Positions 1 through 8,870 of a DNA stretch of 64,000 nt are shown here, piece after piece. This DNA is from a virus: IMG/VR virus record IMGVR_UViG_3300035698_017726, positions 1 through 64,000 of that record; one strand, 5' to 3'. Made by a program: the position numbers and the translations under genes. Below the pieces are notes generated by a model. The model had not been told where the DNA came from. It made no database searches and worked only from the letters and a program-made list of their open reading frames with translations. How positions within the stretch are numbered: the stretch's first letter is position 1; each line of letters opens with the position of its first letter.

Positions 1-1
1 C

Positions 2-2611
2 GAGGATGAGGGGGCTGCCGGTCAGAGCGGAGCCATGGATGTCTTCGGGTCAATCTACCAGTACCGAGCCATCAATGGCTTCTCTGGTGGAGGCCTCTAC
101 TCGGAGACCGCTATCGGGGCAGGTAAGTTCCTATACCCGATGTATCAGGGCAATACCGACCCAACGCTAGAGCCCTACTACGGCACGGGCACGTACACCA
201 GCTTCTTTGCTCCTACTCAGCTAGGCACCGCCGGTAAGGTCTACCCCGCAGATGAGGCGGACCCGGCCAATGCGATCAACCTTCGAGTTCCTGACTACGT
301 GAAGTTCAACTTCCAGCATACAGCGGTCTTCCAGACGTCGACGTCGCTGCTCCCGCTGGCTCAGTCTCTGGTGGGTCTGACGATTCACTGCGTCTCTGGT
401 TATGGCGCGCCCTACGATGACGAATACTTCCCCATCGTAGGGACATTCGTAGACGGTGGAGACATCTATCTGGCGGTAAACCGGCCAGGTATTGCTTCTC
501 CCGTAGGAGTTACCTCTACGCAGTCAGCCATCTACGGTCAGCGTTGGGTACGAAGCTATCTAGATATCGCGGACTGGTACCAGTTGGGAACTCGCTTCCA
601 TGGGGACGAGTTGTGGCTGGCTCCTGCTACTACCGTCGGGCCACTCATCTCGGATGAGTACCGTCGGGCCACTGGAATGTCTACGGCTACCTTAGATATC
701 GATACTGAAGGGATTCTGTCTTTCCTCGGACTTCAGGCAGTAGTAGACGGCGTAGGAGTTGGAGACTTCTTGCCATTGGCCTCTATGGGCAACGTGGATG
801 TAGAGTTAGGGGCATATACAGATGGATGGCAGCAGGACGCTAATGAACCTCGCTCTCCCTTCCCCAACGTAGGCTTGATCTCTGAAGACAATCCTGCTGC
901 TGCTCTGATGGGAGTAGAAGGAAACGTTCTATCAGATAGTGTTCCGGGTAACCTAATCTCTGATGAGTTTGCGTTGGAGCGGACAGTTTCGGTAACAGCT
1001 AATGGCGTAATAGCCGGGTACGAAGCAGCGTATGGAGGCTGTCTTCGTGTAGAGTCTCACTACTCGAACATCACACCCCTCCAGACAGATACTGCTCGTC
1101 TATGGACGCGTGGAGCCAATGGGTTCGTTACGTCCCTCTTCGCACTGAAGGCTACTGTCTTGGTGCAGTTCGCCAATAGTGTCAGGGATATCTACCTGAA
1201 GTTGGTCGACGATGCCGGGTTCGAGTGGGCTACCTCTGGAGCCATCTCCACGTCTATTGCTAATACCACTCCAGAGGAGATTTCCTACACATTCACAGAG
1301 CATGACCTGGCCGATGGTGCCTTCGACAAACTCGAGGAAGATAGGGTAACAGGCCGAGGCGTCCATTTGGTCATCGATTTCGATGTCGATGGCGGTCCGA
1401 CTGGGGCAAAGTTCTATAGGTTCCTGCGGATCGCACTGGAACAAGTCTCTCGTCCCAAGAGAATTCTTGGGCACCTAGAAGTCGCCGGAGCAGTTCGAGC
1501 GGCTAGCTTCCGTCACATCAGCCCCATCAGGGGATTCCAGCCAGTAGGTCCGGCCGAAGTGGACATGCTGAACTGTCATGAGTATTCCAGGTACCTCCGA
1601 GGCCCAGCAGGCTCTCCCTACGACACCTACGTACAAGAGGGGCACTCTGTAGGAAAAATCCTCCTGCCGTCAGATGGTAGGTGGTGGTCCCCCGTGTTCC
1701 ACGCTCCTTCCTTCTTCCTGAAGGGAATTCACTCTACGGCTCTTCGATTCTTCCATCCTTACTTCGACCCCCACTGGTATGCCTACGCGGCCAGTGGAGG
1801 AGCGGGCGGAACAATCCCCTCGCTTACTTTGGATCTTCCAGGAAGAACCGGAGTGATTGGTGCCCTTAGTCCTCCTCATGGAGCTAGTCTCTCTTCCTTC
1901 CATTGGAGCATGAGCTTCCAGCCCGCAATCTCTATATTTGCCGGTGGGTCTTCTTGGGGAGTCTGGCGAGACCGTCCAAGTGATACCGCCTACGATAATT
2001 GGGTGGTCGACTGGGCTGGGCGTGAAGGAGTGGTACTGAAGCTCTGGAGACAGAACATACTGGACTTCGGTACTGACATGGACGGTAGCGCCGGATTCCA
2101 GGCCGAAACTGGAGCGGCTACGGCAGCTGAGTTTGGTTATGCCGAGGAGATCTACGCTAGAGACATCGATCTCAGTGGAGACCCGATTCCTGTATGGTCG
2201 GACAATAATGCGTGGGGCACTGAGGCATTCAAGAATGGTGGAGTCGATCTGACTACCTCGGGCCTCGACGTAGACAAACTGATCGTTGATCGGCGACATT
2301 TTGCCTACTTCTTCACTATCGAGATGTTTGGTGGTCCTCGTCGCTGGGACGATAACTACGACCCGAACCTGTACTTCCACAGCGCGCCACTGGGCAATCG
2401 TTGGCTTCCGCAGAGAGCGGTGACTATGCCAGCGGCTCTGCATGAAGATATCTGGGCAGAGCTGGTGTCCCACAGGGATAGCGCTACGGGCTTGCCCCAG
2501 AACCCGATCCTTCCTGCTGTGGCCTTAGGCTGTCCATATCCCCCAGTGTTCAAGTTCCGTGGAGCGAGGCTAGGATGGGTAACCGACAGAAGCGGTCACG
2601 GCGGGTGGTAG
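2..2611 (+). CDS. Large virion structural protein (tail/baseplate/fibre-like), 5'-truncated
   Basis: Frame is open from position 2, upstream of the ATG at 35. At least 858 aa, G/T/S/aromatic-rich, beta-type composition. No diagnostic motif recognised. Confidence 0.5.
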   Translation, partial: EDEGAAGQSGAMDVFGSIYQYRAINGFSGGGLYSETAIGAGKFLYPMYQGNTDPTLEPYYGTGTYTSFFAPTQLGTAGKVYPADEADPANAINLRVPDYVKFNFQHTAVFQTSTSLLPLAQSLVGLTIHCVSGYGAPYDDEYFPIVGTFVDGGDIYLAVNRPGIASPVGVTSTQSAIYGQRWVRSYLDIADWYQLGTRFHGDELWLAPATTVGPLISDEYRRATGMSTATLDIDTEGILSFLGLQAVVDGVGVGDFLPLASMGNVDVELGAYTDGWQQDANEPRSPFPNVGLISEDNPAAALMGVEGNVLSDSVPGNLISDEFALERTVSVTANGVIAGYEAAYGGCLRVESHYSNITPLQTDTARLWTRGANGFVTSLFALKATVLVQFANSVRDIYLKLVDDAGFEWATSGAISTSIANTTPEEISYTFTEHDLADGAFDKLEEDRVTGRGVHLVIDFDVDGGPTGAKFYRFLRIALEQVSRPKRILGHLEVAGAVRAASFRHISPIRGFQPVGPAEVDMLNCHEYSRYLRGPAGSPYDTYVQEGHSVGKILLPSDGRWWSPVFHAPSFFLKGIHSTALRFFHPYFDPHWYAYAASGGAGGTIPSLTLDLPGRTGVIGALSPPHGASLSSFHWSMSFQPAISIFAGGSSWGVWRDRPSDTAYDNWVVDWAGREGVVLKLWRQNILDFGTDMDGSAGFQAETGAATAAEFGYAEEIYARDIDLSGDPIPVWSDNNAWGTEAFKNGGVDLTTSGLDVDKLIVDRRHFAYFFTIEMFGGPRRWDDNYDPNLYFHSAPLGNRWLPQRAVTMPAALHEDIWAELVSHRDSATGLPQNPILPAVALGCPYPPVFKFRGARLGWVTDRSGHGGW

Positions 2612-2668
2612 TTTCCGAGAGCACCCTTAGGGTGCTAGAGAACCGCTCCAAGCCTGTAGAAAAGAAGA

Positions 2669-2703
2669 AGCCGCAGACATCTCCGGAGAGGCTGTCTGCG
2701 GCT
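2669..2703 (-). terminator. Intrinsic terminator hairpin at the convergent junction
   Basis: Inverted repeat AGCCGCAGACA...TGTCTGCGGCT flanked by an A-rich run (U-tail on the minus strand). Confidence 0.65.
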
Positions 2704-2738
2704 ACTCGTAACCAGCTAAAAAAGCTAAAGAAGAAGCG

Positions 2739-2876
2739 CTAGGCTGAAGTACCCAGGCGGTACAGCTCTCCTAGCAGAGCTTCTTTCTCTGCGTTCGTAC
2801 TCAGATGGAGCCCGAGGCCTTCCGCAAAGGACAGTAGTTCTTTGCAGGTCATGGCCTCGAGCTCGTCGGAATCCAT
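2739..2876 (-). CDS. 45-aa HeH/Rho-N-like domain, possibly a readthrough extension of the upstream gene
   Basis: MDSDELEAMTCKELLSFAEGLGLHLSTNAEKEALLGELYRLGTSA. In frame with the upstream gene beyond its TGA, with no SD of its own. Confidence 0.5.
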   Translation of the reverse strand: MDSDELEAMTCKELLSFAEGLGLHLSTNAEKEALLGELYRLGTSA

Positions 2877-2918
2877 GAGGACACCAGGAGGGGCGCTCCC
2901 GGCGCCCTCAGGGACGCA

Positions 2919-3725
2919 TCACTCGCCGCTAAAGATCTCGGAGAAATCGGCTACGCTGCCGCACTCTTCCTCGTCTTCGGGAAGCTGCGCGTTGTAGTCG
3001 TACATGAGGTACTCGAGGATGGTAGCGATCTGGCCTTCCAGCTGGAAGACCTTGGGACCGATGTCATCCAGCCGTTCCACAGTGGTGGCCTGAAGGTCAG
3101 TGAGGCCGGCAAGCAGCTTGATCACTTCGTCCAGGGACACCAATCCCTCGGCCTTGGGCTCGACTTCTGGCTCGACCTTGGGCTTACGGGAAGCCCGCCG
3201 ACGGGTAGCTGGCTTCTTGGCCGCAGGCTTCTTGGGCTTCTCTTCGACCTCTTCGACCTCTTCCTCTTCGACCTCCGGTTCCGGGTCCTTCTTGGAGGCC
3301 CGACGACGCTTGGCCGCAGGCTTCTTGGGCTTCTCTTCTGCGGGCTCTTCGCCTGCGAGCATCTCTTCGATTTCCTGATCGCTCAGGTCCTTGATGCCCT
3401 CGATTTCCTCTTCGAGCTTGTTCTCGAGCGCTTCGGTTCCCAGTGCGAAGCTCTGGGGCTTCGGCTCGATGACGCCAAGCTTGATGGCGAGCTTACGCAG
3501 GTTGTGTCGACGACTTACTTCGGCCATGTTTTTCCCGTCCTTAGGTCTGTTCGGAGGTGATTGAATCGCAGCAGGGCCGAACTCCATGAGTACTCGAACC
3601 CGTGCTTCCGCTACACCTGGTTGGGAATGCTCCCAGAGGGCTCCGCACCCTCTTCCATCCAGGATCATCTGCTCGGTTGCCCTCTCGCAGTTGTTGAGCC
3701 GGCTGCAGGTAATGCACGCTCTCAC
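2919..3725 (-). CDS. Modular DNA-binding-like protein: Cys-rich N-terminus, histone-H1-like K/P/A/R repeats, acidic tracts, coiled coil
   Basis: GTG start overlaps the upstream TGA (GTGA). Contains CITC..C..C and KPKKPAAK twice. Alternative internal ATG at 3527. Confidence 0.6.
   Translation of the reverse strand: MRACITCSRLNNCERATEQMILDGRGCGALWEHSQPGVAEARVRVLMEFGPAAIQSPPNRPKDGKNMAEVSRRHNLRKLAIKLGVIEPKPQSFALGTEALENKLEEEIEGIKDLSDQEIEEMLAGEEPAEEKPKKPAAKRRRASKKDPEPEVEEEEVEEVEEKPKKPAAKKPATRRRASRKPKVEPEVEPKAEGLVSLDEVIKLLAGLTDLQATTVERLDDIGPKVFQLEGQIATILEYLMYDYNAQLPEDEEECGSVADFSEIFSGE
3216..3338. repeat. ~30-bp direct repeat encoding EEKPKKPAAK
   Basis: CTTGGCCGCAGGCTTCTTGGGCTTCTCTTC at about 3216 and 3309. 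Confidence 0.8.
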
Positions 3726-4021
3726 AGCATGTCGTCCTTGAAGCCAGCCCAGCACCGCTGAACGACAATTTCGGAACACCCATATTCAGTACATTTTCCC
3801 GTACACCCAGGGAGCTGCGTGCGTAGTCTCCGAAAGTGCTTGGCAATATGTTCCTCCATGAGGCGCCTTTTCTGTTCACTGAATCCTTCTGCAGGCGTTT
3901 TATCGTATTCCAGGGCCCTGTAAAGGACTCTTCTGTTTCTTTCCAGATTCCCGTGTCCAGCAAGACGCGCCATCTCTACAAGCTCGGTGAGATTCACGTT
4001 GTCCAGGAGGTGGTTACTCAT
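3722..4021 (-). CDS. Hypothetical protein with a C-terminal Cys cluster
   Basis: 99 aa, coupled to neighbours; CTGKCTEYGC...C. Confidence 0.65.
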   Translation of the reverse strand: MSNHLLDNVNLTELVEMARLAGHGNLERNRRVLYRALEYDKTPAEGFSEQKRRLMEEHIAKHFRRLRTQLPGCTGKCTEYGCSEIVVQRCWAGFKDDML

Positions 4022-4565
4022 CTAGATACTCCGACGGTATGCCGTACTGTGACGGACTTTCCTCGCGCACCACTATTTCGACTCCTCCAGGAGAATCAGG
4101 GCAGCAGGTCTTCACGAGGAATAGATCGAAGAAAAGCGAGTCATCAATTCCGATTGCGGCTGAAAGACAATCCTCCAGCAGCTTACGTCGATTACCCACG
4201 TCCATACGCTTGTAACAGGTTTTGGCTCCTCGTTTTCCTGCCTTCGTTTTCTTCAACCACCCGGCGTTGAGGACCTCGGCTGGGGGGAAGTTGAAGATAA
4301 ACGTGACAGAATAGACCGACGTATCCGTATGGCCTCTAGCAAACTTCTGAATATCCACGAAGTATTGCGTCCGCATATACTCCCTGAACGCCAGCTTGTA
4401 GCCGTCGGCCTCCTTGGTGTAGGTCATGCCAAGGGGCTTGGCTCTGCCGCCTCCGACACGACCCCAACGGATCTGACGAATCTTGTTTTCGGTAGGAGGA
4501 AGCTCCGGGTACTGAATCCGGAGCTCTCTACCTGCCTCGCTTGAGACGGTCGCGTCCGGTCCCAC
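4014..4565 (-). CDS. rusA: RusA-like Holliday junction resolvase
   Basis: PPTEN N-terminal motif and DxxNxxKxxxD...IDD catalytic pattern. GTG start with a GGAAGGAG SD. Confidence 0.75.
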   Translation of the reverse strand: MGPDATVSSEAGRELRIQYPELPPTENKIRQIRWGRVGGGRAKPLGMTYTKEADGYKLAFREYMRTQYFVDIQKFARGHTDTSVYSVTFIFNFPPAEVLNAGWLKKTKAGKRGAKTCYKRMDVGNRRKLLEDCLSAAIGIDDSLFFDLFLVKTCCPDSPGGVEIVVREESPSQYGIPSEYLDE

Positions 4566-5091
4566 GTTGACTCCTTCCCTGCGCTTGGCCCTGCTCGATC
4601 TCAATCTTCTTGGTCTCGATTAGGCGGCTCAGGACTCTGACACCTCTCTTGGATGACTCATGTAGTCCATTCATTAGGTCGAGGAACTCAGACGCTTCCA
4701 ACCATCTAGCCATTGCCTTGACGTATCTCTCGTCACAGACGGTGGAATCCTCCTTGCTCTTCTCCGACCCGGACTTGGACTTACGAATCTTGGCCTTGAC
4801 TAGTGCCAGCTGGGTGTCCGCGTTGGTCTTCTCTGCCTTCGACACAGTGACCAGCCCCGCTACGAAGTCAGCGTAGAGGGTCATCATATTGATGAGGTCA
4901 GCCAGGTCGTGCATGCTCAGCGAGTTCACATCAGCAGGAAGCCTGCCGTCGAAGTACTCTCCGTCACGCGTCTTCGGCTTCGGAGGAAACAGCTCCAGTC
5001 CTAGGTCGGCCATTCTGGTCGCCGCGTTGATTGAGGCCCGGTTGTAGTGGTCCAGACCCTCATCGATGTCAATGGTGTAGTCATGTCCCAT
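4528..5091 (-). CDS. Coiled-coil protein, possibly a UvsY-like recombination mediator
   Basis: Helical, with DERY..A and LSR near the C-terminus; located in the recombination cluster. Confidence 0.45.
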   Translation of the reverse strand: MGHDYTIDIDEGLDHYNRASINAATRMADLGLELFPPKPKTRDGEYFDGRLPADVNSLSMHDLADLINMMTLYADFVAGLVTVSKAEKTNADTQLALVKAKIRKSKSGSEKSKEDSTVCDERYVKAMARWLEASEFLDLMNGLHESSKRGVRVLSRLIETKKIEIEQGQAQGRSQRGTGRDRLKRGR

Positions 5092-5093
5092 TA

Positions 5094-5927
5094 TTACCTC
5101 GAGAACTTATCGCGGACCAAGGCCTGCGGGCAGTCGCGTTTGTAACAGCATTCTTTGCACTCGTACTTCGTAGCGTCAGGAATGGGAGGGACCCCATCCA
5201 TCAGTGCCTTTTCGATAGGCCGCCACTTTTCTCTAACCCATTGACTGAGAAGCCGTGGGTCGTACACTTCGACATACTGCTTAATGCTGTGGGGCCAGCC
5301 CTTCGAGACATATAGATAGCAGATAAACGGGCAGTCTAGGCCTGTGGCGTAGATACCGTTGGCCTGCAGCCTATGGTCCGGCTTCGGCTTGTTGAGCTTC
5401 TGAAACTCCTTCTCGCTCATGGTCTTGATTTCGAGAACGACTCGGGCCTTGGGCGCTTCCCAGAGACCGTCTGTTGAACTGCCGTAGATCAAGAAGTCAT
5501 CGATGTCGACCTTCACCTCGTCCCGGAACGTGTCTCCCAGAGCGGTGTTGAGGGCAGCTTGCACCACAGCATGGACTGCGTGGCCGATGGTGAACGTAAT
5601 CTGGAGCTCCGGGGGGATGTACTCCTCCGGTTGGAAGTCTCCGATGATGTCGTAGTACAGCCTCAGCTTGCAGCGAGCTGTCTGCGAAGCATGGATGGTT
5701 CCTACCGACCGTACAGTCGGCATGACCAGCCCTGTTCCGTCACAGGTTCCGCAAGGTAGCGGCTGGCGGGTCTTCAGGAAATTCTCCCACATGTCGTAGG
5801 AGAGTCCGATCTTCTTCCCGTCCTTCTCCATCTGCCGAGTCGCGATGAACTTCAGATTGATGGACTTACGAGCTTCCTCGATTTCCTCTTCAGTCGCGGA
5901 CTCGAGGTCAGCTATCGTTCTGATCAC
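5094..5927 (-). CDS. Cas4-like PD-(D/E)xK exonuclease with Fe-S Cys motif
   Basis: C..RLYY, GHAVH, DG, EIKT, Q...Y and terminal CKECCYKRDC. Confidence 0.8.
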   Translation of the reverse strand: MIRTIADLESATEEEIEEARKSINLKFIATRQMEKDGKKIGLSYDMWENFLKTRQPLPCGTCDGTGLVMPTVRSVGTIHASQTARCKLRLYYDIIGDFQPEEYIPPELQITFTIGHAVHAVVQAALNTALGDTFRDEVKVDIDDFLIYGSSTDGLWEAPKARVVLEIKTMSEKEFQKLNKPKPDHRLQANGIYATGLDCPFICYLYVSKGWPHSIKQYVEVYDPRLLSQWVREKWRPIEKALMDGVPPIPDATKYECKECCYKRDCPQALVRDKFSR

Positions 5928-6384
5928 GGTGAGTCTCCAGTAGTTGCCAGAACCACTCTGCCGGTATCACGGCGTATTGCCTGCGCTCAGGACCGAATCT
6001 ATCGAGCTCAACCATGAAGACAGGAATCTGATCCCCCCTACAGGTAGCCTCAATCTTCTTCAGTTCCTCTAGCTTCAGCGAATAAGAGCGGTGTTTTGTG
6101 TACTTGTCCTCTTCTCTAACGTCCGAGGACTTTACGTCTCCCTTGTCGATGGGAGTAGAGCCAGAAGCGATGGTGGTACGTCCGCCGATCATCTTGGCGT
6201 TGGCTGCTTCCTGTTTGCCCGAAATGCGGCGAGTCTGAGGACGACGTTTCTTGGGGACGTATTCTTTCTTTACGGCCTCATAAGTCCTACATGTCCTAAG
6301 GCACTCGCCACACTTATAGCGTCCAATCATCCAAGATTTCAGATTACGAGAACCACAGTGCGGGCAGGTAGGCTCTATTCCCAA
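5908..6384 (-). CDS. Zn-ribbon plus PD-(D/E)xK (Hjc-like) endonuclease
   Basis: CPHC...CGEC, then E...SGS...KGDV...E.K.T. Confidence 0.7.
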   Translation of the reverse strand: MGIEPTCPHCGSRNLKSWMIGRYKCGECLRTCRTYEAVKKEYVPKKRRPQTRRISGKQEAANAKMIGGRTTIASGSTPIDKGDVKSSDVREEDKYTKHRSYSLKLEELKKIEATCRGDQIPVFMVELDRFGPERRQYAVIPAEWFWQLLETHRDQNDS

Positions 6385-7595
6385 GGGGCCTTGAGTCTAC
6401 GGGCGATGCCGTGGTCCCGCATCACATCGTCTTCTAGGACAGGAAGCAGTCCCTCTCGACGGATGATCTTGGTTGCCGCAGTCTCTCCCTGTACTCGCTC
6501 TCCGGCGATGGTGTACCAGGAACCCGCTTTGTCGACAGTAGGTGACCCAGCTTCGGCCGCTGCGCGGAGCCATTCCTTCTCTTCGTCGATGCCACACAGG
6601 TCCCAGATGAAGTCGTACTGACCTGTGGCTCCTTCATGGCCGCCAGCCTTCTGCTTGGTGATACCCCAGTGGATGGTCTTACCGGTTACCAGCTTGCCGC
6701 TCTTCACCTTGCCGACAGGACGCAGCTCGATAGTGACAAACCGTCCATGCTTGAGGGCATGGCCGCCACCTTCTTGGGTCATCGGGCTGTACTTGTTGGC
6801 TCGGTTCATGTTGGCGCGAATCTGGTTGATGCCCAGGATGCTGGTCAGGTTGGGATATCCGGTCTCTGCGTTCTGGCCTAGGGCCGAGGTGATGCCGCGC
6901 ATGAACCGAGAGTTCACGAACGCCGCTCCACCGGGCTTCATGGAGTCCTCCATGGAGAGGTCACCTTCGAACGCGGTCAGCAGCGCGCCGAAAGAGTCGA
7001 CCATCACAACCTGGAACAGCCCTGACTTCACCATATCGATGGCAACATCGAAGACGCTTTCTGCGGTATCCGGAGGAACGGTCACGAAGGTGCCTACACT
7101 TCTCGTAGCCCGGTGCCTCATCTCTTCGGGGAGAGCCACACCCATGGTTTCCTTCCAGTCCTTCTCCAAAGCTTCGAGCTCGAGGTCGGACATGGGACAG
7201 GCTACGCCACAAGCATGTGCGAAGATCTTGTCGTACGGCATCTCGGTACAGATCACGCCGATGCAGGCCTCCTCTCCGTAGATTTCCTGCTGACGTCGAA
7301 TGGCCAGGTTGCAGAGGTAGTTCTTACCGACTCCTTCAGGTCCCGTAATCATGGACAGCCCTCCCGCAGGCAGGCCTCCATTCACAGCGATGTCGATTCC
7401 TGGGATACCGATAGGCAGGCGCTTCACCGCCCACGGCATGGTGTACTCCTCTCCCAGGAACACTCTGCCGGGGTAGCGGCTCTTCAGCTCAGCGACGAGA
7501 GCAGCAGTCTCCTCGACTCTGGTGAGGGGTGTGGCTCCTTTCTTCGGAGCCTTGGCGCCTTTCTTGGCTCTAGCGGCGGGTCTCTTTGCGGCCAT
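6375..7595 (-). CDS. recA: RecA/UvsX-like recombinase
   Basis: IDIAVNGGLPAG, Walker A GPEGVGKN, VMVDS, INQIR, GGHALKH, AGSWY. Start reassigned to MAAKR. Confidence 0.9.
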   Translation of the reverse strand: MAAKRPAARAKKGAKAPKKGATPLTRVEETAALVAELKSRYPGRVFLGEEYTMPWAVKRLPIGIPGIDIAVNGGLPAGGLSMITGPEGVGKNYLCNLAIRRQQEIYGEEACIGVICTEMPYDKIFAHACGVACPMSDLELEALEKDWKETMGVALPEEMRHRATRSVGTFVTVPPDTAESVFDVAIDMVKSGLFQVVMVDSFGALLTAFEGDLSMEDSMKPGGAAFVNSRFMRGITSALGQNAETGYPNLTSILGINQIRANMNRANKYSPMTQEGGGHALKHGRFVTIELRPVGKVKSGKLVTGKTIHWGITKQKAGGHEGATGQYDFIWDLCGIDEEKEWLRAAAEAGSPTVDKAGSWYTIAGERVQGETAATKIIRREGLLPVLEDDVMRDHGIARRLKAPWE

Positions 7596-7746
7596 CGGTC
7601 TCCCATGGTTGCGTCCCACAGCGGGGGCAGTGAGGAATTGTTCCTGTGTAGTCAACAAGGGCACCACCGCACTGGGGACAGGGGTCACCCTTCTTGGAAG
7701 CTACCTTCGTCGCGTGGTCGTCTGTTACGACACCGTACTTGTCCAT
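7570..7746 (-). CDS. 58-aa Zn-ribbon protein (absent from the ORF track)
   Basis: MDKYGVVTDDHATKVASKKGDPCPQCGG...CPRCGTQPW. GAGGAG SD; fills the gap between HU and RecA. Confidence 0.7.
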   Translation of the reverse strand: MDKYGVVTDDHATKVASKKGDPCPQCGGALVDYTGTIPHCPRCGTQPWETDGRKETRR

Positions 7747-8015
7747 CTGTTCATCTCCTCTCGGAAGGATCGCATTGGTCGAATGCCTAGAATGATCCTT
7801 ACCAGTTCTACTCTTATCCTGGTCTTGGGACTAATGACGGACCGTTTTTGGTCCCTGGGAGTAATCTTGAAGAGCCCAGAGAAGTGGACCTCTTCTCTGT
7901 GGATAATAGCCGCTTTTATTAGCTCTGATTGGTGATCGAGAATGTGGGCTACCACGCTGCGCGGGTAGCCCGTGTTCTTAACGATCCTCCGAATCATTTG
8001 AGAACGGTTTAGCAC
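7725..8015 (-). CDS. HU/IHF-family DNA-binding protein
   Basis: LNRSQMIRRI...EEVHFSGLFKI...ISPKT pattern. GTG start with a GGAGG SD. Confidence 0.75.
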   Translation of the reverse strand: MLNRSQMIRRIVKNTGYPRSVVAHILDHQSELIKAAIIHREEVHFSGLFKITPRDQKRSVISPKTRIRVELVRIILGIRPMRSFREEMNRWTSTVS

Positions 8016-8283
8016 TGTCCCTCCGAGACATTGCCAGCACGACACCAGGAGGATTCTCTCCGGCGTCATGTCGGCAAGGCTGAACATTGGGGCGCCCGAT
8101 AGGGCCCTGCTTCCACATCTTGACTTGAGTACCCTCTGGCAGAGTGGGCAGAACTATAGTGGACATGTCCGTCCCTCGGCTCTGTCCTGCCAGCTGAACG
8201 AAGTTCAGCTGGCACTCAATCAGGCCAGTGTAGACCTTCTTTTCGGGTCGGCACTTCTGTTCTTCTTCGTTCCTGTAGGTCAT
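7978..8283 (-). CDS. Hypothetical protein
   Basis: ATGA-coupled ORF filling a gap in the operon; no motif. Confidence 0.35.
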   Translation of the reverse strand: MTYRNEEEQKCRPEKKVYTGLIECQLNFVQLAGQSRGTDMSTIVLPTLPEGTQVKMWKQGPIGRPNVQPCRHDAGENPPGVVLAMSRRDSAKPFSNDSEDR

Positions 8284-8483
8284 CCAGTACGGAGAGACAT
8301 TTCCATGTCGTAGCCCTGGATTAGCGTGCCGGTGACGATGATGTCCTTGTACCAGCATCCTAGCTCTGGGCGGTACTCCCAGCCCTTCGGGAGCTGAGAG
8401 TTGTCCACCCCCATCTCCGCATCCAGCTGCATCTGGAGCCGGTCTGCTCTGCGCTCCTCAACCCATGCGTTTGGAGTGGGCAT
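8280..8483 (-). CDS. Small hypothetical protein
   Basis: 67 aa; starts immediately after the Tad1 stop. Confidence 0.55.
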   Translation of the reverse strand: MPTPNAWVEERRADRLQMQLDAEMGVDNSQLPKGWEYRPELGCWYKDIIVTGTLIQGYDMEMSLRTG

Positions 8484-8855
8484 CTACGCCTCGTTCAGGC
8501 CTTCGACGTTCCGGCGGATCCGGTCATCGGTACGGTGGTTGGACCAGTGCAAGGCCTCCTGCAGCTTGGTGAGCACGATGGCGTTCTCACGGCAGCTGAA
8601 GGGTCCAGCCTGGAAGCTCTCCATACGGTCGATGAGAACTGCGATGAGTTCGGCATGCTGGATGCCGTTGACTCCCACTTCCCCTACTGGGCCGTGCTGG
8701 AAGTTGATCTCCAGTAGGTTGGTATATTCGCAGACACCATCACCGTCTTGACCAATGTGGTACTTGTGACAGGCTCCGCCTCCGTTCTTGTGGTCGGGCT
8801 CGTCTGCTACTGTAACGCTCAGTGGGCTGTCATTGCGGGATTTGAATTGTCTCAT
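8484..8855 (-). CDS. tad1: Tad1-family anti-defence nucleotide sponge
   Basis: Recognised motifs FQHGP, GVNG, DRMESFQ, CRENA, KLQEA and RTxxRxxRxVEG; 123 aa; AGGAG SD. Confidence 0.85.
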   Translation of the reverse strand: MRQFKSRNDSPLSVTVADEPDHKNGGGACHKYHIGQDGDGVCEYTNLLEINFQHGPVGEVGVNGIQHAELIAVLIDRMESFQAGPFSCRENAIVLTKLQEALHWSNHRTDDRIRRNVEGLNEA

Positions 8856-8870
8856 TGTCGGCTCCTATGC

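Noticed and set aside
5094-5927. CRISPR-Cas system suggested by the Cas4-like gene
   Set aside because: No repeat-spacer array or other cas genes are visible; stand-alone Cas4-like nucleases are common in phage recombination modules.
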